Shown: positions 1 through 10,436 of the stretch, piece by piece
How the letters are laid out: the number at the start of each line of letters is the position of its first letter
Numbering within the stretch: position 1 is the stretch's first letter
Assembly (NCBI GenBank): GCA_028286585.1
Contig: JAQBRI010000006.1
Span: 16,558 to 80,557, forward strand
From: Candidatus Kaiserbacteria bacterium
GTDB lineage: Bacteria; Patescibacteriota; Minisyncoccia; Phycocordibacterales; UBA2100
DNA: 64,000 nt
Direction: 5' to 3'
Program-made: the position numbers and the translations under genes
The notes under the pieces: model-generated
Seen by the model: the letters and a program-made list of their open reading frames with translations, nothing else
Database searches by the model: none
What the model was told of the DNA's origin: nothing

Positions 1-265
1 GCGCATCGGCAATAGCGATAATTATTACAAAAATCCCAAAGGCACCCAAAATCCATGAACGTTTTGGACGATATCGTGCATCAACTAATGCAAGTGCGAT
101 CCAGGCTCCTGTAATTACCTCGACAATGACTCGAAATGCAAAATTTTTGCCGGTGATGTAGGGAAAGAACATTGACGAAGCTACTATTGTCGGAATAAAC
201 GGAAGAAGGAAAATACCAGTAATTACGATCCATCGAAGCACTGTTTCAAGATGTTTGGTGTTCAT
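1..265 (-). CDS. O-antigen ligase-like membrane protein, N-terminal part (runs off window)
   Basis: Manual translation MNTKHLETVLRWIVITGIFLLPFIPTIVASSMFFPYITGKNFAFRVIVE; the FPxxxGK motif is typical of O-antigen ligase family N-termini. Confidence 0.6.
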   Translation of the reverse strand, partial: MNTKHLETVLRWIVITGIFLLPFIPTIVASSMFFPYITGKNFAFRVIVEVITGAWIALALVDARYRPKRSWILGAFGIFVIIIAIADA

Positions 266-284
266 ATCGAGGATTGTAGCATCT

Positions 285-998
285 TTATTTCACTTTGTGA
301 GCCCAAACAATAATGCCTGGAAAAAGCATTTCCCGGGTCTTTTTTGGTACAGTGTCAAGGTATGGCGACATTGCAAACTCCCACTCGACGATTTGTTGAG
401 CAAGGGCCGTCACATTCTCATTGTTCATATCCACCATTTTTAAAAGTTTTTTATGGTTCGGCATTTGGTGATACGTGATGCGGTCTACCTTTGCTCCATT
501 TTGCTCCATCAGTGCAACAACCTTTTGCGGATCAAGATAGCAAACATATTTGTGTTCAGACAAAATCGAAGGAAATGTATTACCAAGCCACACCTGTAAC
601 CGCTCTTTCCAATTTGACGGATAAAGCGCATGACCCAAATCGTAATGATGCACTATTAAACCGCCTGGCTTAACCGCATCAATACTCTGCTTAAGAAATC
701 GCTCAAGTTGACGCACATGCTCGAGTGTACTCAGCGAAAAACAGGCATCGTATGAACCGTCAGCTCCTATTTCGTAACCAAACGTATTCACAAGTTCTAC
801 ATTTGGAAGGGACCCAATATTTTCAACAGCTTTATTATATGAAGGGGCGTACGGTTCAATACCATGGTAACTAATAGATGGTCTTGCGTGAACAAAGGGC
901 GCAATCGATTCTGCTCTTCCACATCCGAGCTCAATAATTCGAGGAGTCGATGAGTCCATCGCTTCAAGAATTTTTTTTACGTATATATGCTTGAACAT
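285..998 (-). CDS. Class I SAM-dependent methyltransferase
   Basis: IIELGCG motif I, LEHV, KPGG. Confidence 0.85.
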   Translation of the reverse strand: MFKHIYVKKILEAMDSSTPRIIELGCGRAESIAPFVHARPSISYHGIEPYAPSYNKAVENIGSLPNVELVNTFGYEIGADGSYDACFSLSTLEHVRQLERFLKQSIDAVKPGGLIVHHYDLGHALYPSNWKERLQVWLGNTFPSILSEHKYVCYLDPQKVVALMEQNGAKVDRITYHQMPNHKKLLKMVDMNNENVTALAQQIVEWEFAMSPYLDTVPKKTREMLFPGIIVWAHKVK

Positions 999-1004
999 AG
1001 GTAA

Positions 1005-1601
1005 TTATTTTTTTGCGATTAAAAAATCATTCATAAAAAGTTCAAAATGCTGAGCCCTGCATTCGCTAAATCCAACACTCTTTGACATGTCTCGCAATTC
1101 CGCCAAATTATAATAATGCTTATGGTCGTCAATTTCGGCAGTATCTATTATTTTAAGCACGTGCGCCATGAATTCCAGTACGGGCTTCGAATACGGCGAT
1201 GGGGTCGTGAGCAATAGAACTCCTCCTGGCTTGAGCACCCGATATATGTCAGACATATAGCCGCGGGCATTATAGAGGTGTTCCAATACCGCAAGAGAGA
1301 TCACGCAGTCGGCCGACGAGTCTGCGAGACTCGATACTCCACTCTCAAAATCGCTTTCGATGAGTCTGATATTTGGCAACTGTTCATTGGTTATCGACAA
1401 ATCAAGACCTACGCCCCGCCGTGTGTATTTTCGTGCAATCAAGTATTGCAAACCTTCTGCCCGATATCCGCAGCCGTAGTCCGCGATCACCTGCGTCTCA
1501 TTTGGTATATGCGGAATGATCTGAGAAAAACGCTTGTCAAAAATCAGCTGGTCGAGCCAGCTTCGCTTCATTTCTCCAAATGCATGTTTTCGTGCCATCA
1601 T
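1005..1601 (-). CDS. Class I SAM-dependent methyltransferase
   Basis: DYGCG, VLEHL, RVLKPGG; start placed at the ATGA overlap with the upstream GT2 stop. Confidence 0.85.
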   Translation of the reverse strand: MMARKHAFGEMKRSWLDQLIFDKRFSQIIPHIPNETQVIADYGCGYRAEGLQYLIARKYTRRGVGLDLSITNEQLPNIRLIESDFESGVSSLADSSADCVISLAVLEHLYNARGYMSDIYRVLKPGGVLLLTTPSPYSKPVLEFMAHVLKIIDTAEIDDHKHYYNLAELRDMSKSVGFSECRAQHFELFMNDFLIAKK

Positions 1602-2290
1602 AAAAATTTTATTCTTAGTAACGTCCATACTGCTTCAAACCAATCTTTGTAATTAATCTTCTTTCCTTCTGCTGCCGTTCGAGGAAAATATGCGATCGGA
1701 ATTTCAGGAATCTGAATTCCATTCTTTGCCGCGTACGCGGTTACTTCGGGACAAAACTCAAATCGTTTACACGTAAGCGGCCAAGAGCGCAAAAGGCTCC
1801 CTTGAAACATTTTATAGCACGTTGGTTCATCCGTAAGATGCTGCTGGAAAAGAATGTTGGTAATCACCGTCAAAATATATCCTCCGATGAAAAAAATAAA
1901 ACCGGAATGATGTACTTTGGGACGATCGCGGCGTCGCGATCCATATAGCACGGAAAGATTATTATCAATCATATGAGAGAGCATTCTCGCCAAGTCGTGC
2001 GGACCGTATTCTAAATCAGCGTCCTGAATGACCACATACTTCCCTGTTGATTTTGCCAGTCCCGTGCGAATGGCCGCACCTTTACCTTCGTTTCGATCTT
2101 TCAGAATTGTGATGTATCGCGGTGGCAAATTCCGAATTATTTCTCGTGAACCGTCGGTTGATCCGTCATCGACAATGACAATCTCCGCAATATAGTTATG
2201 CGGCCACTGGACTTGCTCTAGTTTTCCAAGAATTGTGGGGATTGTCTTTTCCTCATTATACACCGGTATGATGATGGATATTGTAGACAT
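1598..2290 (-). CDS. GT2 polyprenol-phosphate glycosyltransferase (DPM1/GtrB-like)
   Basis: IIIPVYNE, VDDGSTDG, GKGAA, QDADLEY motifs. Confidence 0.9.
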   Translation of the reverse strand: MSTISIIIPVYNEEKTIPTILGKLEQVQWPHNYIAEIVIVDDGSTDGSREIIRNLPPRYITILKDRNEGKGAAIRTGLAKSTGKYVVIQDADLEYGPHDLARMLSHMIDNNLSVLYGSRRRDRPKVHHSGFIFFIGGYILTVITNILFQQHLTDEPTCYKMFQGSLLRSWPLTCKRFEFCPEVTAYAAKNGIQIPEIPIAYFPRTAAEGKKINYKDWFEAVWTLLRIKFL

Positions 2291-2291
2291 G

Positions 2292-3773
2292 TTAGTTTCC
2301 CAGTATAAGTGTGAATAATTTTGATGTAAAGCTCCAAAGAAAGTCAGTGAGTGCGTACAGTATCAAACAGACCACCAGTATTCGGCCTCCATACCGGCGC
2401 TCGATGTGCAGCAATCCATATACGGACAAAATGAAAAAAGGAAGTATTGCCGGAAAGAACAAGCGCGACGAGACATACCCCCACACAAATGCCGCTGGTA
2501 ACGCAAGAGTTAACACAATCACCTCTTTCTTTTGAAATGCACTCATTCCTTTCACATACAGAAGCCCAATCAGTGCATACACCCAACCGAGCAGGAGTGT
2601 TGCAAAAAAACTTTTTCCAACGTAATACACCGTAAACTGACTGTATGCCCCTTCGCTGGACGATCCAATCTTCAGCCAGTCGAGATACGTATAGTCGTAC
2701 AAAGCATATGTAATTGCTGTCCATATGGCGAGAAATACAATCGGTATCAATGTCACCAATAACAGATGAAAGGCATATTTACTAACGTTTTTATAGGTCT
2801 TGCTGAGAACGATCAAAAACAATGCTACTCCGATAAGCACTGTATATTCTTTCCATAAAAATCCCACAAGAATAAATGACAAGCTTGTTATGAGCGATGA
2901 GGTGCTTTCATTCCTGTTATATGCAACAGCATATGTTGCCGACATAAATACAAAAAATAAAATCCCTAGCTCCGTAAGTGGATCCAATCCGTACTTCAAC
3001 ACGGGATAGCTGGTAATGACAAGCAGCATTCCAAGATAGCTGGCAGTTTTATTACGATCAAAAAAGACATAGAAAAAATAGAGTGCCGCAAACGCGAGCA
3101 TACAGTATGTAATGCCATTTAATATTATGAATGCATCAAGATAAGGAATGTTGTTGATCTTGTGAATGCCGGCAAGTGAGAGCGGTGCGAGCGGCTTCAA
3201 CAGCCGAAATCCGGGAGCTGTAGCTACTTCGCCCCCATAATACTGCGCTGTTTGAATATACGTGGTTGTATCTGTACTCACTTCGGGTGACGTACTTATC
3301 GAATGAATTATAAAAAACGATGCAGCGCATAATGCAGTTATAAAGAACATTTTCCAAATCTCACTTTCCTCGGCTCCTTTGTTAAATACGAATTGCTTAT
3401 TAACAATAAAGCTTACCAGTGCCGAAGATCCCGCAGCAATGATATACGCCACAAAATGCGGAATCGCGAGAAATGTTGAAAGCGCGTAAAGTAGGAACAA
3501 TACCAAGACTAAATTTCCAGAGGATGCGCACAAGTACAATATGACTTGTTTATGCGCACTCTGTGTACGATTTTCTACAAACGACCAATTGCGATGAAGA
3601 TAAAATGCAAATATGAATGCAGCCAAAAAGGCTAACACTCCCGACAAGAGATAATCGACCCCAAGTACGCTGTTTAAAACGTAATAGCAGGCAAAATTCA
3701 ATATTGCAGCCGAAAAACCAGAAACGAAAAATCTTTGAAATGACACGAACCAGGTAGGCATACGCTTATTCAT
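2292..3773 (-). CDS. GtrA-family flippase domain fused to a multi-TM GT-C-like glycosyltransferase
   Basis: N-terminal RFFVSG...FYLHRNWSF...SFIVNKQFVF (GtrA pattern); then DTTTY loop, LTE motif and many TM helices. Confidence 0.7.
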   Translation of the reverse strand: MNKRMPTWFVSFQRFFVSGFSAAILNFACYYVLNSVLGVDYLLSGVLAFLAAFIFAFYLHRNWSFVENRTQSAHKQVILYLCASSGNLVLVLFLLYALSTFLAIPHFVAYIIAAGSSALVSFIVNKQFVFNKGAEESEIWKMFFITALCAASFFIIHSISTSPEVSTDTTTYIQTAQYYGGEVATAPGFRLLKPLAPLSLAGIHKINNIPYLDAFIILNGITYCMLAFAALYFFYVFFDRNKTASYLGMLLVITSYPVLKYGLDPLTELGILFFVFMSATYAVAYNRNESTSSLITSLSFILVGFLWKEYTVLIGVALFLIVLSKTYKNVSKYAFHLLLVTLIPIVFLAIWTAITYALYDYTYLDWLKIGSSSEGAYSQFTVYYVGKSFFATLLLGWVYALIGLLYVKGMSAFQKKEVIVLTLALPAAFVWGYVSSRLFFPAILPFFILSVYGLLHIERRYGGRILVVCLILYALTDFLWSFTSKLFTLILGN

Positions 3774-3867
3774 ACAAGATATTTTGTTGCATAGTAGCAC
3801 GGCGAGTACCCGATACATAGACAAAAGAATGGCGGGACAATAACGTTAAGTGGTACACTGAGGCATA

Positions 3868-5139
3868 ATGTGGCCACAACTCTATAACCGAATCGAGCGT
3901 TTTAAGCTGGTATCAGGAGCCTATAATCTTAAGAGCTTTGCAAAAGATGCTTCATGGACCACGGTTTCCTCGGTTATTATTACAGCTTCCAATTTCGCAC
4001 TCGTCTATATTCTGGCGAATCTCATGTCACCAAACGAGTACGGACAATTCAAACTCATTGGCACGTGGCTAGCAATTGCAATTGGTTTTGGATTTTCTGG
4101 ATACAACTACATGATTCCACAGCAAATAGCGAGAAATCAATATGTCGACCTGAACCGCGCAATTAGATATACGTTCGTCAAAAGTATTCCGGCTGCAATT
4201 GCCCTCTTTTGTTTTGCTTTGTATTATTTGGCAGCAGCAAACATTCACCTTGGCTTTGGATTCGTACTCGCAGCAAGCACCATACCGTTTGTATGTGCAG
4301 CTGCCATTATCAATTCATATTACCTGGGTAAACGTGATTTTCCTCGAATGGCGATAACGCAAAATTCTGTAGATATTTTTCAGATTGCATGTGTTGCTGC
4401 TGTAGCCTATATATCAGGAAATTTTTTATTGATTATTTCAATATTTTTTATAGCAACAATTATTGGAAACATTGCAATCATTCTATATACCCTCAAGAGA
4501 CACGTAATAAGCGGATTGCCATCGAATTCATCGCTCGAGGATGTCCAGCAAAAAAATGCGGCGAAAAAAATAAATATCGCTAGTATTGTTCTTGGATTCA
4601 CTACACAGGCAGACAAATTGCTCATTTTCCACTTTATGGGAGGAGTTGAGCTGGCGATTTACTCAATCGTTACAGCAATTTCCGACCAGGCTCGCGTACC
4701 TACAAAAATATTTGGTGCAGTGCTCTTGCCGCGTATGGCATCTGATAACACGTCATTCAAAAGAATGCTTTTTATATTTGTCGCACTGATGATATTCTGC
4801 GCATTCCTGAGTGTATGTCTTCTCTTTATCTACCCTATTCTGTTTGAATATGTGTTCCCAAAATATATCGACTCCGTATACCTAGCCGACGTATCAACAC
4901 TTACGGTACTTTTTGCACCGGTATCTTTTTTAACCAATTACGTGCAGTCAAAAAATGACCTTAAAACCCTGACGCAGTTTGCATATCTCAATTCTTTTTT
5001 ACAAATCATTTTTTACTCGATTGCAGCATACCTTGGTTCGATAGTTCTATTCTTGATATTTCGCGCATTGCTTAGTCTGATAAACTCAGTACTCTTGCTA
5101 TTTCGATTGAGCAAAAACACTAACCTTTCTTCTTCATAA
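3868..5139 (+). CDS. Wzx-type oligosaccharide flippase
   Basis: About 12 TM segments, LANLMSPNEYG and ADKLLI...ELAIYS motifs. Confidence 0.8.
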   Translation: MWPQLYNRIERFKLVSGAYNLKSFAKDASWTTVSSVIITASNFALVYILANLMSPNEYGQFKLIGTWLAIAIGFGFSGYNYMIPQQIARNQYVDLNRAIRYTFVKSIPAAIALFCFALYYLAAANIHLGFGFVLAASTIPFVCAAAIINSYYLGKRDFPRMAITQNSVDIFQIACVAAVAYISGNFLLIISIFFIATIIGNIAIILYTLKRHVISGLPSNSSLEDVQQKNAAKKINIASIVLGFTTQADKLLIFHFMGGVELAIYSIVTAISDQARVPTKIFGAVLLPRMASDNTSFKRMLFIFVALMIFCAFLSVCLLFIYPILFEYVFPKYIDSVYLADVSTLTVLFAPVSFLTNYVQSKNDLKTLTQFAYLNSFLQIIFYSIAAYLGSIVLFLIFRALLSLINSVLLLFRLSKNTNLSSS

Positions 5140-5761
5140 TCCAGATATATCCTAACGGGATCTTTGCTGCAAACCGCTGATATGCCGGCATTATCAATAA
5201 CAGCTTATCTATCGCAGTCATACAATATCTTATGCTGTTGTAAACAGCATCAAAATAAAAAATATTATGGATCGCGAGTGTCTGAAACACGAGCGAAAAG
5301 AAACCGTATCCGAGTTCTTCGATGTATACAATTTCGAACCCATACTTTTCTGCCAGTTTAATGTACGTGCTCTTGGTGTAGCGATGATAATCATCCGGCG
5401 AACCATGAATATGGTGCATGAAAGGCACGGTTGAAAGAAAAAGTCCACCAGGTTTGAGTACTCGAGAAACTTCGGCAAACACGTTGTGATAATTAAAAAT
5501 ATGCTCTAACACGTTCATTGTTACAACATTGTCATAGCTTGCACTTTCAAGCGGAAACTGTTTTTCTATATCAAATAGAATATCAGCGCCAGGATGACTG
5601 TCTCCATAGTTAACCACCGTCCAAGTATGACTCCCCCGTATAAGCTCGTGATATCCCGATTTATGACTGCCTCCCAAATCAAGAATACTGCCGTTAAGCT
5701 CAATGTGTCTTAATTTTTCATATTCATGCGTTCGAATAACTGATCCTTTTCCAGTACTCAT
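5120..5761 (-). CDS. Class I SAM-dependent methyltransferase (type 11)
   Basis: ILDLGG, NVLEHI, RVLKPGG, HGSPDDYHRY. Confidence 0.85.
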   Translation of the reverse strand: MSTGKGSVIRTHEYEKLRHIELNGSILDLGGSHKSGYHELIRGSHTWTVVNYGDSHPGADILFDIEKQFPLESASYDNVVTMNVLEHIFNYHNVFAEVSRVLKPGGLFLSTVPFMHHIHGSPDDYHRYTKSTYIKLAEKYGFEIVYIEELGYGFFSLVFQTLAIHNIFYFDAVYNSIRYCMTAIDKLLLIMPAYQRFAAKIPLGYIWIMKKKG

Positions 5762-6558
5762 ATAGTGTTATTAATCTTACCAAATATAATATATCGCTTT
5801 GAATTCAATGTCTTGGTTTTCATATCTTCAAGTCGAAGTGAGTGAACCAGTGGTTGAAGCGGTATGGTTGCTAAATCGTCATGCATTTCTCCAGTGATCA
5901 TCCGTGTTCGAGTGGGTAATTTTGGATCTTCTAGCAGAACCGTTTCGGATCCTTCAATATCGAATTTTATGATATCAAAACAATCAACTCCATATTTTTT
6001 CAACATCGACTCAAGAGTTATGGACTTAACAGTTACACTCCCACTCTTCACATTGCGTTGAATTACTGAGAATCCAAGATGTGTGTCACTCTCATACAAT
6101 TCTATAGTCCCATCGACTGAGCTTAATGCGGCGGATGTGCAGCGGATGTTATCAAATTGTTTAGCATTCTTACACAACTGCAGAAAAATCCGAGGATTTG
6201 GCTCGATTGCGTAAATTGTCGCGTCGGGAAAATGTATTGCATAAAAAATCGCAGTGTCCCCTATATTTGCCCCAAGATCGAGAATATTTTTTATATTGTC
6301 TCCATATTCAAATTGATACTCCTGATTTACGAAGATGTCGGCAAGTACGGCAATATCAATTCGTTGCCGAATATGAAAAGTGAATTTTCTTTTTTTATAG
6401 ACAAGCTGTATTGCGATAGGTGCGGTTCTCACGATATTGAGATAGCAGATAGCAAAACAAAATGTAACATATAACCAATAGTGACGGAATATACTCCCTC
6501 CATCAAATGTCTGGGCAAGCAAAAAATTTGATCTCAAAAAATGAGTCAATCTTTTCAT
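5758..6558 (-). CDS. FkbM-family methyltransferase
   Basis: LDLGANIG, AIEPNP, IKFDIEGSE; start moved to MKRLTH to avoid overlap with the upstream gene. Confidence 0.88.
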   Translation of the reverse strand: MKRLTHFLRSNFLLAQTFDGGSIFRHYWLYVTFCFAICYLNIVRTAPIAIQLVYKKRKFTFHIRQRIDIAVLADIFVNQEYQFEYGDNIKNILDLGANIGDTAIFYAIHFPDATIYAIEPNPRIFLQLCKNAKQFDNIRCTSAALSSVDGTIELYESDTHLGFSVIQRNVKSGSVTVKSITLESMLKKYGVDCFDIIKFDIEGSETVLLEDPKLPTRTRMITGEMHDDLATIPLQPLVHSLRLEDMKTKTLNSKRYIIFGKINNTI

Positions 6559-6560
6559 AT

Positions 6561-7364
6561 TTATGGGGTCATCGGTTTTCTTGCGACAGCAACAAGTACA
6601 TCCTTGAGCAATGGGTGAATGAATCGAAGAAGCACTTTTTTTATAACAGTCTTTGTCTTTTGCCAGGTTGTTCGCTGAATTTTCAGTTTTGCATTCATTA
6701 TCGACGGATGCGTACAAGTGTCGAGATTTACCAGTTTGTGAGTACAGCACGAAAGAGAATCATTGGGTGAGAAAAAAGTCATCGAGTGCACTGAGTGCAC
6801 CTGTATGTCATCAAATTCAAATTCCGATAATAGTTTAGTCATCGCAAAAATCGAAAACGGGCGTATGTGCGTATAGTCATTATAAAAATAGATGTCTGAA
6901 AAAGGGGTAAATGCCCGGACCCAATTTGGTGTTTCGATATAAATAGTACCCCCCGGCTTAAGAACACTTCGATGAGAACTGATCATGTCGATTGGAAAGG
7001 TTAAATGTTCGATTACATGCATCTGTATGATGGCATCAAAAAAATTCTCCTCGTACAATTTGTCCACATCGTCAACAGAGCCAATTTTAAATTGCACCCC
7101 CTCTGGTAAATATTGACTCGTGTCGGTAATATCAATCGCGTACATCGTAACGTCGGGCCGGAGAGACAGAACCATTTTGGTTGCTTTGCCGTTACCGCAG
7201 CCTGAATCGAGTACCACAGCGTTTTGTGGAAGCACTTCAATAAAATTGATGAGTCGGGATCGAAACGTGTTTTTGCATGTTTGCAACGTTTGTTCTCGTG
7301 AGGCAATCTGTGAGTCCGGATTCTTACCAAAGTAATCGGCAGGAAATGATGTATATGTCTGCAT
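6561..7364 (-). CDS. Class I SAM-dependent methyltransferase
   Basis: VLDSGCGNG, HVIEHL, LKPGG, ETPN, DYTH. Confidence 0.85.
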   Translation of the reverse strand: MQTYTSFPADYFGKNPDSQIASREQTLQTCKNTFRSRLINFIEVLPQNAVVLDSGCGNGKATKMVLSLRPDVTMYAIDITDTSQYLPEGVQFKIGSVDDVDKLYEENFFDAIIQMHVIEHLTFPIDMISSHRSVLKPGGTIYIETPNWVRAFTPFSDIYFYNDYTHIRPFSIFAMTKLLSEFEFDDIQVHSVHSMTFFSPNDSLSCCTHKLVNLDTCTHPSIMNAKLKIQRTTWQKTKTVIKKVLLRFIHPLLKDVLVAVARKPMTP

Positions 7365-7421
7365 ATGGGCACAATTCTAGCATAGAATAATTGGTTTGAT
7401 CGTAATGTGTTAGTATTCGGT

Positions 7422-8435
7422 ATGACCGGCATAAAAAAGCCAAAAAGAGGCCTATATATAGCAAATGGAGCTATTGGGGACTTTTTAATGACGATAAGTG
7501 TTTTTAAAGCCATTCACACTGTAGACCCCCAATCGCATCTCTTGGTGCTCACTTCACGAAATCTTAAACTACTTACAGATATTGCAAAACAATACCCGTT
7601 TGTGCAGCTATTTAATATCAATGACCCGCTAACATATCTTCCTAAACTCCTTTCATACGAGAAAACATATATTTTTTCTCCATATCCATTCGGCCGGGAA
7701 AATATAAAAGTTCAATTTTACAAAGTCATACTGCAAATTCTCACTCTTGGTACCATTATTCGATTCTCGAAAAATCCTCAATCGAGAACTTTTTTTGATC
7801 TGGAGGATACGTATTTCATAAACCAGGGTAAAATTTCATATTATTTTATAGGTCAGGCAATAGATAAAACTCCGCCACGTTATGATTATTTACCCGATGA
7901 TCGCATATTCCATAATGTAGGGGTGACGCCTCAGCACTATATTGTGATGCACATATTTGCATCCAATCCAATACGAAGTCTGCCAGAAAAACGATGGGTG
8001 GAAATTGTGCAAGAACTAAAGCAGACATATCCAAATATTCCAGTAATTTTATCTGGAAGTTCCGATGATTACCAAAAAAACAGGGAATTTTTAGATTCAC
8101 TGCACTGCATTCCATGTTTTGAGACAACCTGGGCAGAGCGCTGCACCATGATAGATAACTGTTCGCTCTTTATAGGAGTGGACACCGGTATAACACATCT
8201 CGCGTCATTATTACAAAAAAAGATCGTAGAGATAGGCAACCTATCCAATCCAACATGGCTAGTCACATATAACCCGAATGCAATTGTTTTGTTTTCAAAA
8301 AAGGACTGTATCTGTAAAGGGAACAAGCTTAGTCAGTGTTTTAGCGAAGTAGACGGTAAACAGTATTTTCGCTGCATGCTCAATGTTACTAACAAGGAAA
8401 TCCTTGACGCGGCATCAATACTGCTAAAGAATTAG
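7422..8435 (+). CDS. GT9 (heptosyltransferase-like) glycosyltransferase
   Basis: AIGDFLM and FIGVDTGITHLAS are GT9 signatures; lies beside heptose biosynthesis genes. Confidence 0.85.
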   Translation: MTGIKKPKRGLYIANGAIGDFLMTISVFKAIHTVDPQSHLLVLTSRNLKLLTDIAKQYPFVQLFNINDPLTYLPKLLSYEKTYIFSPYPFGRENIKVQFYKVILQILTLGTIIRFSKNPQSRTFFDLEDTYFINQGKISYYFIGQAIDKTPPRYDYLPDDRIFHNVGVTPQHYIVMHIFASNPIRSLPEKRWVEIVQELKQTYPNIPVILSGSSDDYQKNREFLDSLHCIPCFETTWAERCTMIDNCSLFIGVDTGITHLASLLQKKIVEIGNLSNPTWLVTYNPNAIVLFSKKDCICKGNKLSQCFSEVDGKQYFRCMLNVTNKEILDAASILLKN

Positions 8436-8463
8436 GATACGTATATGTCACGGTACAAAAAAA

Positions 8464-9456
8464 CTATTGGATACTATTCAAAATCTCCTTAAACGAGGTA
8501 ACAACGACATGTGGTGATCGTATTGAATGCACATGCTTTTCCAACTTTCCCATAAAAATCGTCCTCATATTTGATGTTTTGCCTGCTTCTATATCGGTCA
8601 ACTTGTCACCAACAATCCACGATTTACCGAGTGCAATGTTATATTTTTTTGCCGCCTCCAGCAGTAAGCCGTTTTTTGGCTTACGACATTCGCATCCATC
8701 CTCATCCTGGTGCGGACAGACTAAAAATTCCGTAATAGTAATTCCCTTCTTCTTACATTCTCGATCAATATGCGCGTGCACAGCTTTAACTGCCGCGTTG
8801 GAGTACATTCCGCGTGCAATACCTGATTGATTCGTAATAACAAAAAGCTTATATTTTTCTCCCAGTTTTTTTAACGTCTCAAATACCCCATCTAGAAAAA
8901 CGACATCACCTACTTTATGTAGATATCCAGTGTCTTTTATAAGTACACCATCACGATCAAAAAATATTGCCTGGCTTGCCGGTTTCTCATTATTGACTCT
9001 CTCCAAGATAGAACTGGTAGTTTCAGACAAACTTTTATGAATCTTGATTTTTCCTCCCCACTCTTTTAAAAAGTCGGTTTCTATACTTAACTTTCCCCAA
9101 TCACTGCCATTTACGAAGATGTCGGGCTTGATACGAGTGAGCGGTAAAATACACGTTAGCTCGTCAAATATGCAAACATAATCTACATAGATAAGCGCTG
9201 CGAGTAATTCGGCACGATCTTTTTCCAGTATGATCGGTCTGCCATTGCCCTTATATGACCGTATTGATGCATCGCTGTTTAACAGCACAATAAGTATATC
9301 TCCCTTATTCTTTGCAGCTTTAATGAGTCCAAGGTGCCCAGAATGGAACATATCGAAGCTCCCACTTAACACAACGATACTTTTTTTATTTTTTCGCAGG
9401 CGAGTGACCTCCTGTAAAAGTTTTTTGAGGGGTACAATTTTGTTGGATATCAACAT
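8464..9456 (-). CDS. Fused heptose-1-phosphate nucleotidyltransferase (HldC/RfaE-II) and heptose-1,7-bisphosphate phosphatase (GmhB)
   Basis: N-terminal GSFDMFHSGH, LNSDASI, KGNGRP; C-terminal FFDRDG, TNQSGIARG, CPH...CECRKP, GDK. Confidence 0.9.
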   Translation of the reverse strand: MLISNKIVPLKKLLQEVTRLRKNKKSIVVLSGSFDMFHSGHLGLIKAAKNKGDILIVLLNSDASIRSYKGNGRPIILEKDRAELLAALIYVDYVCIFDELTCILPLTRIKPDIFVNGSDWGKLSIETDFLKEWGGKIKIHKSLSETTSSILERVNNEKPASQAIFFDRDGVLIKDTGYLHKVGDVVFLDGVFETLKKLGEKYKLFVITNQSGIARGMYSNAAVKAVHAHIDRECKKKGITITEFLVCPHQDEDGCECRKPKNGLLLEAAKKYNIALGKSWIVGDKLTDIEAGKTSNMRTIFMGKLEKHVHSIRSPHVVVTSFKEILNSIQ

Positions 9457-9461
9457 AGTGG

Positions 9462-10427
9462 TTATGCGTCAGATACCTGTCTGAGAAGTTCCCGTTTGGT
9501 AACTGAGGAAACTCCCTGTTTCTCGACAACAACTGCAGCAGCAACTGACGCAATATATATTGCATCTGTAATCGAATACCGGAGCGCAAGCGCAAGCGAC
9601 AAGGCTCCGATTACTGTGTCACCGCATCCTGATACATCGACCACATTGCTACTGTGAGAGTGTTGATGAATTTCAGTAAGATTCTGGTCGAAATGGCTCA
9701 TACCATCTGCTCCCCTGGTAACAAGAACGTTTGTACCAAAATCTTGTACAAATTTGTGTGCTGCCTTTTTGTAGTGTTTTACACCAACACTTTCATGTAA
9801 TTCTTTTGTATTTGGAGTAAATAAATGAATGTTTTTATTCTTATACATATGAATATGTGCTGGCTTTGTATCTACTATAATAGGCATTGAATGTTTTTTT
9901 GCATTGAGTGCAATTTTCTGCAATAGCTGCTCATCAATTACCCCTTTGGCATAGTCTGAAATGATAACGATGTCGTATGAAGTTATGTTTTTCAAAAAGA
10001 GATTCAACAATGTGTTACGATCTTTACTCACGTGAGTATTTTTCTCAAAATCCACGCGTGCGTGATGGGCATCATTCACAACCACTCGCTGCTTTACTGT
10101 TGTCGTTGCGTTTTTACTTTTGACTATTCCCTTTGTTGGAATCTGTGATTTTTTTGAGAGTCGGAGCAGTAAATCAGCATGGGTATCATTTCCTACTATG
10201 GAATAAATATCGGCATGACCACCGAGCGTAATGATATTGTTCGCAACATTAAGTGCACCTCCCAAAAAATAGCTCGTGTGATTAATCTGTATTACTGGCG
10301 CTGTAGAACATTCAGGCGACATGCGCGCAATGAATCCGTAGGAAAACTGATCGAGCATTACATCTCCTATTACAGCGATTTGTATTTTTTTGGTATCACG
10401 TATAAATTTTTTGAGCGTGCTTTGCAT
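9462..10427 (-). CDS. rfaE1: Heptose-7-phosphate kinase (HldA/RfaE-I, PfkB family)
   Basis: IGDVMLD, MSPE, GGALNVA, SDYAKG, TPN, DVSGCGD. Confidence 0.9.
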   Translation of the reverse strand: MQSTLKKFIRDTKKIQIAVIGDVMLDQFSYGFIARMSPECSTAPVIQINHTSYFLGGALNVANNIITLGGHADIYSIVGNDTHADLLLRLSKKSQIPTKGIVKSKNATTTVKQRVVVNDAHHARVDFEKNTHVSKDRNTLLNLFLKNITSYDIVIISDYAKGVIDEQLLQKIALNAKKHSMPIIVDTKPAHIHMYKNKNIHLFTPNTKELHESVGVKHYKKAAHKFVQDFGTNVLVTRGADGMSHFDQNLTEIHQHSHSSNVVDVSGCGDTVIGALSLALALRYSITDAIYIASVAAAVVVEKQGVSSVTKRELLRQVSDA

Positions 10428-10436
10428 ACATTAAAT

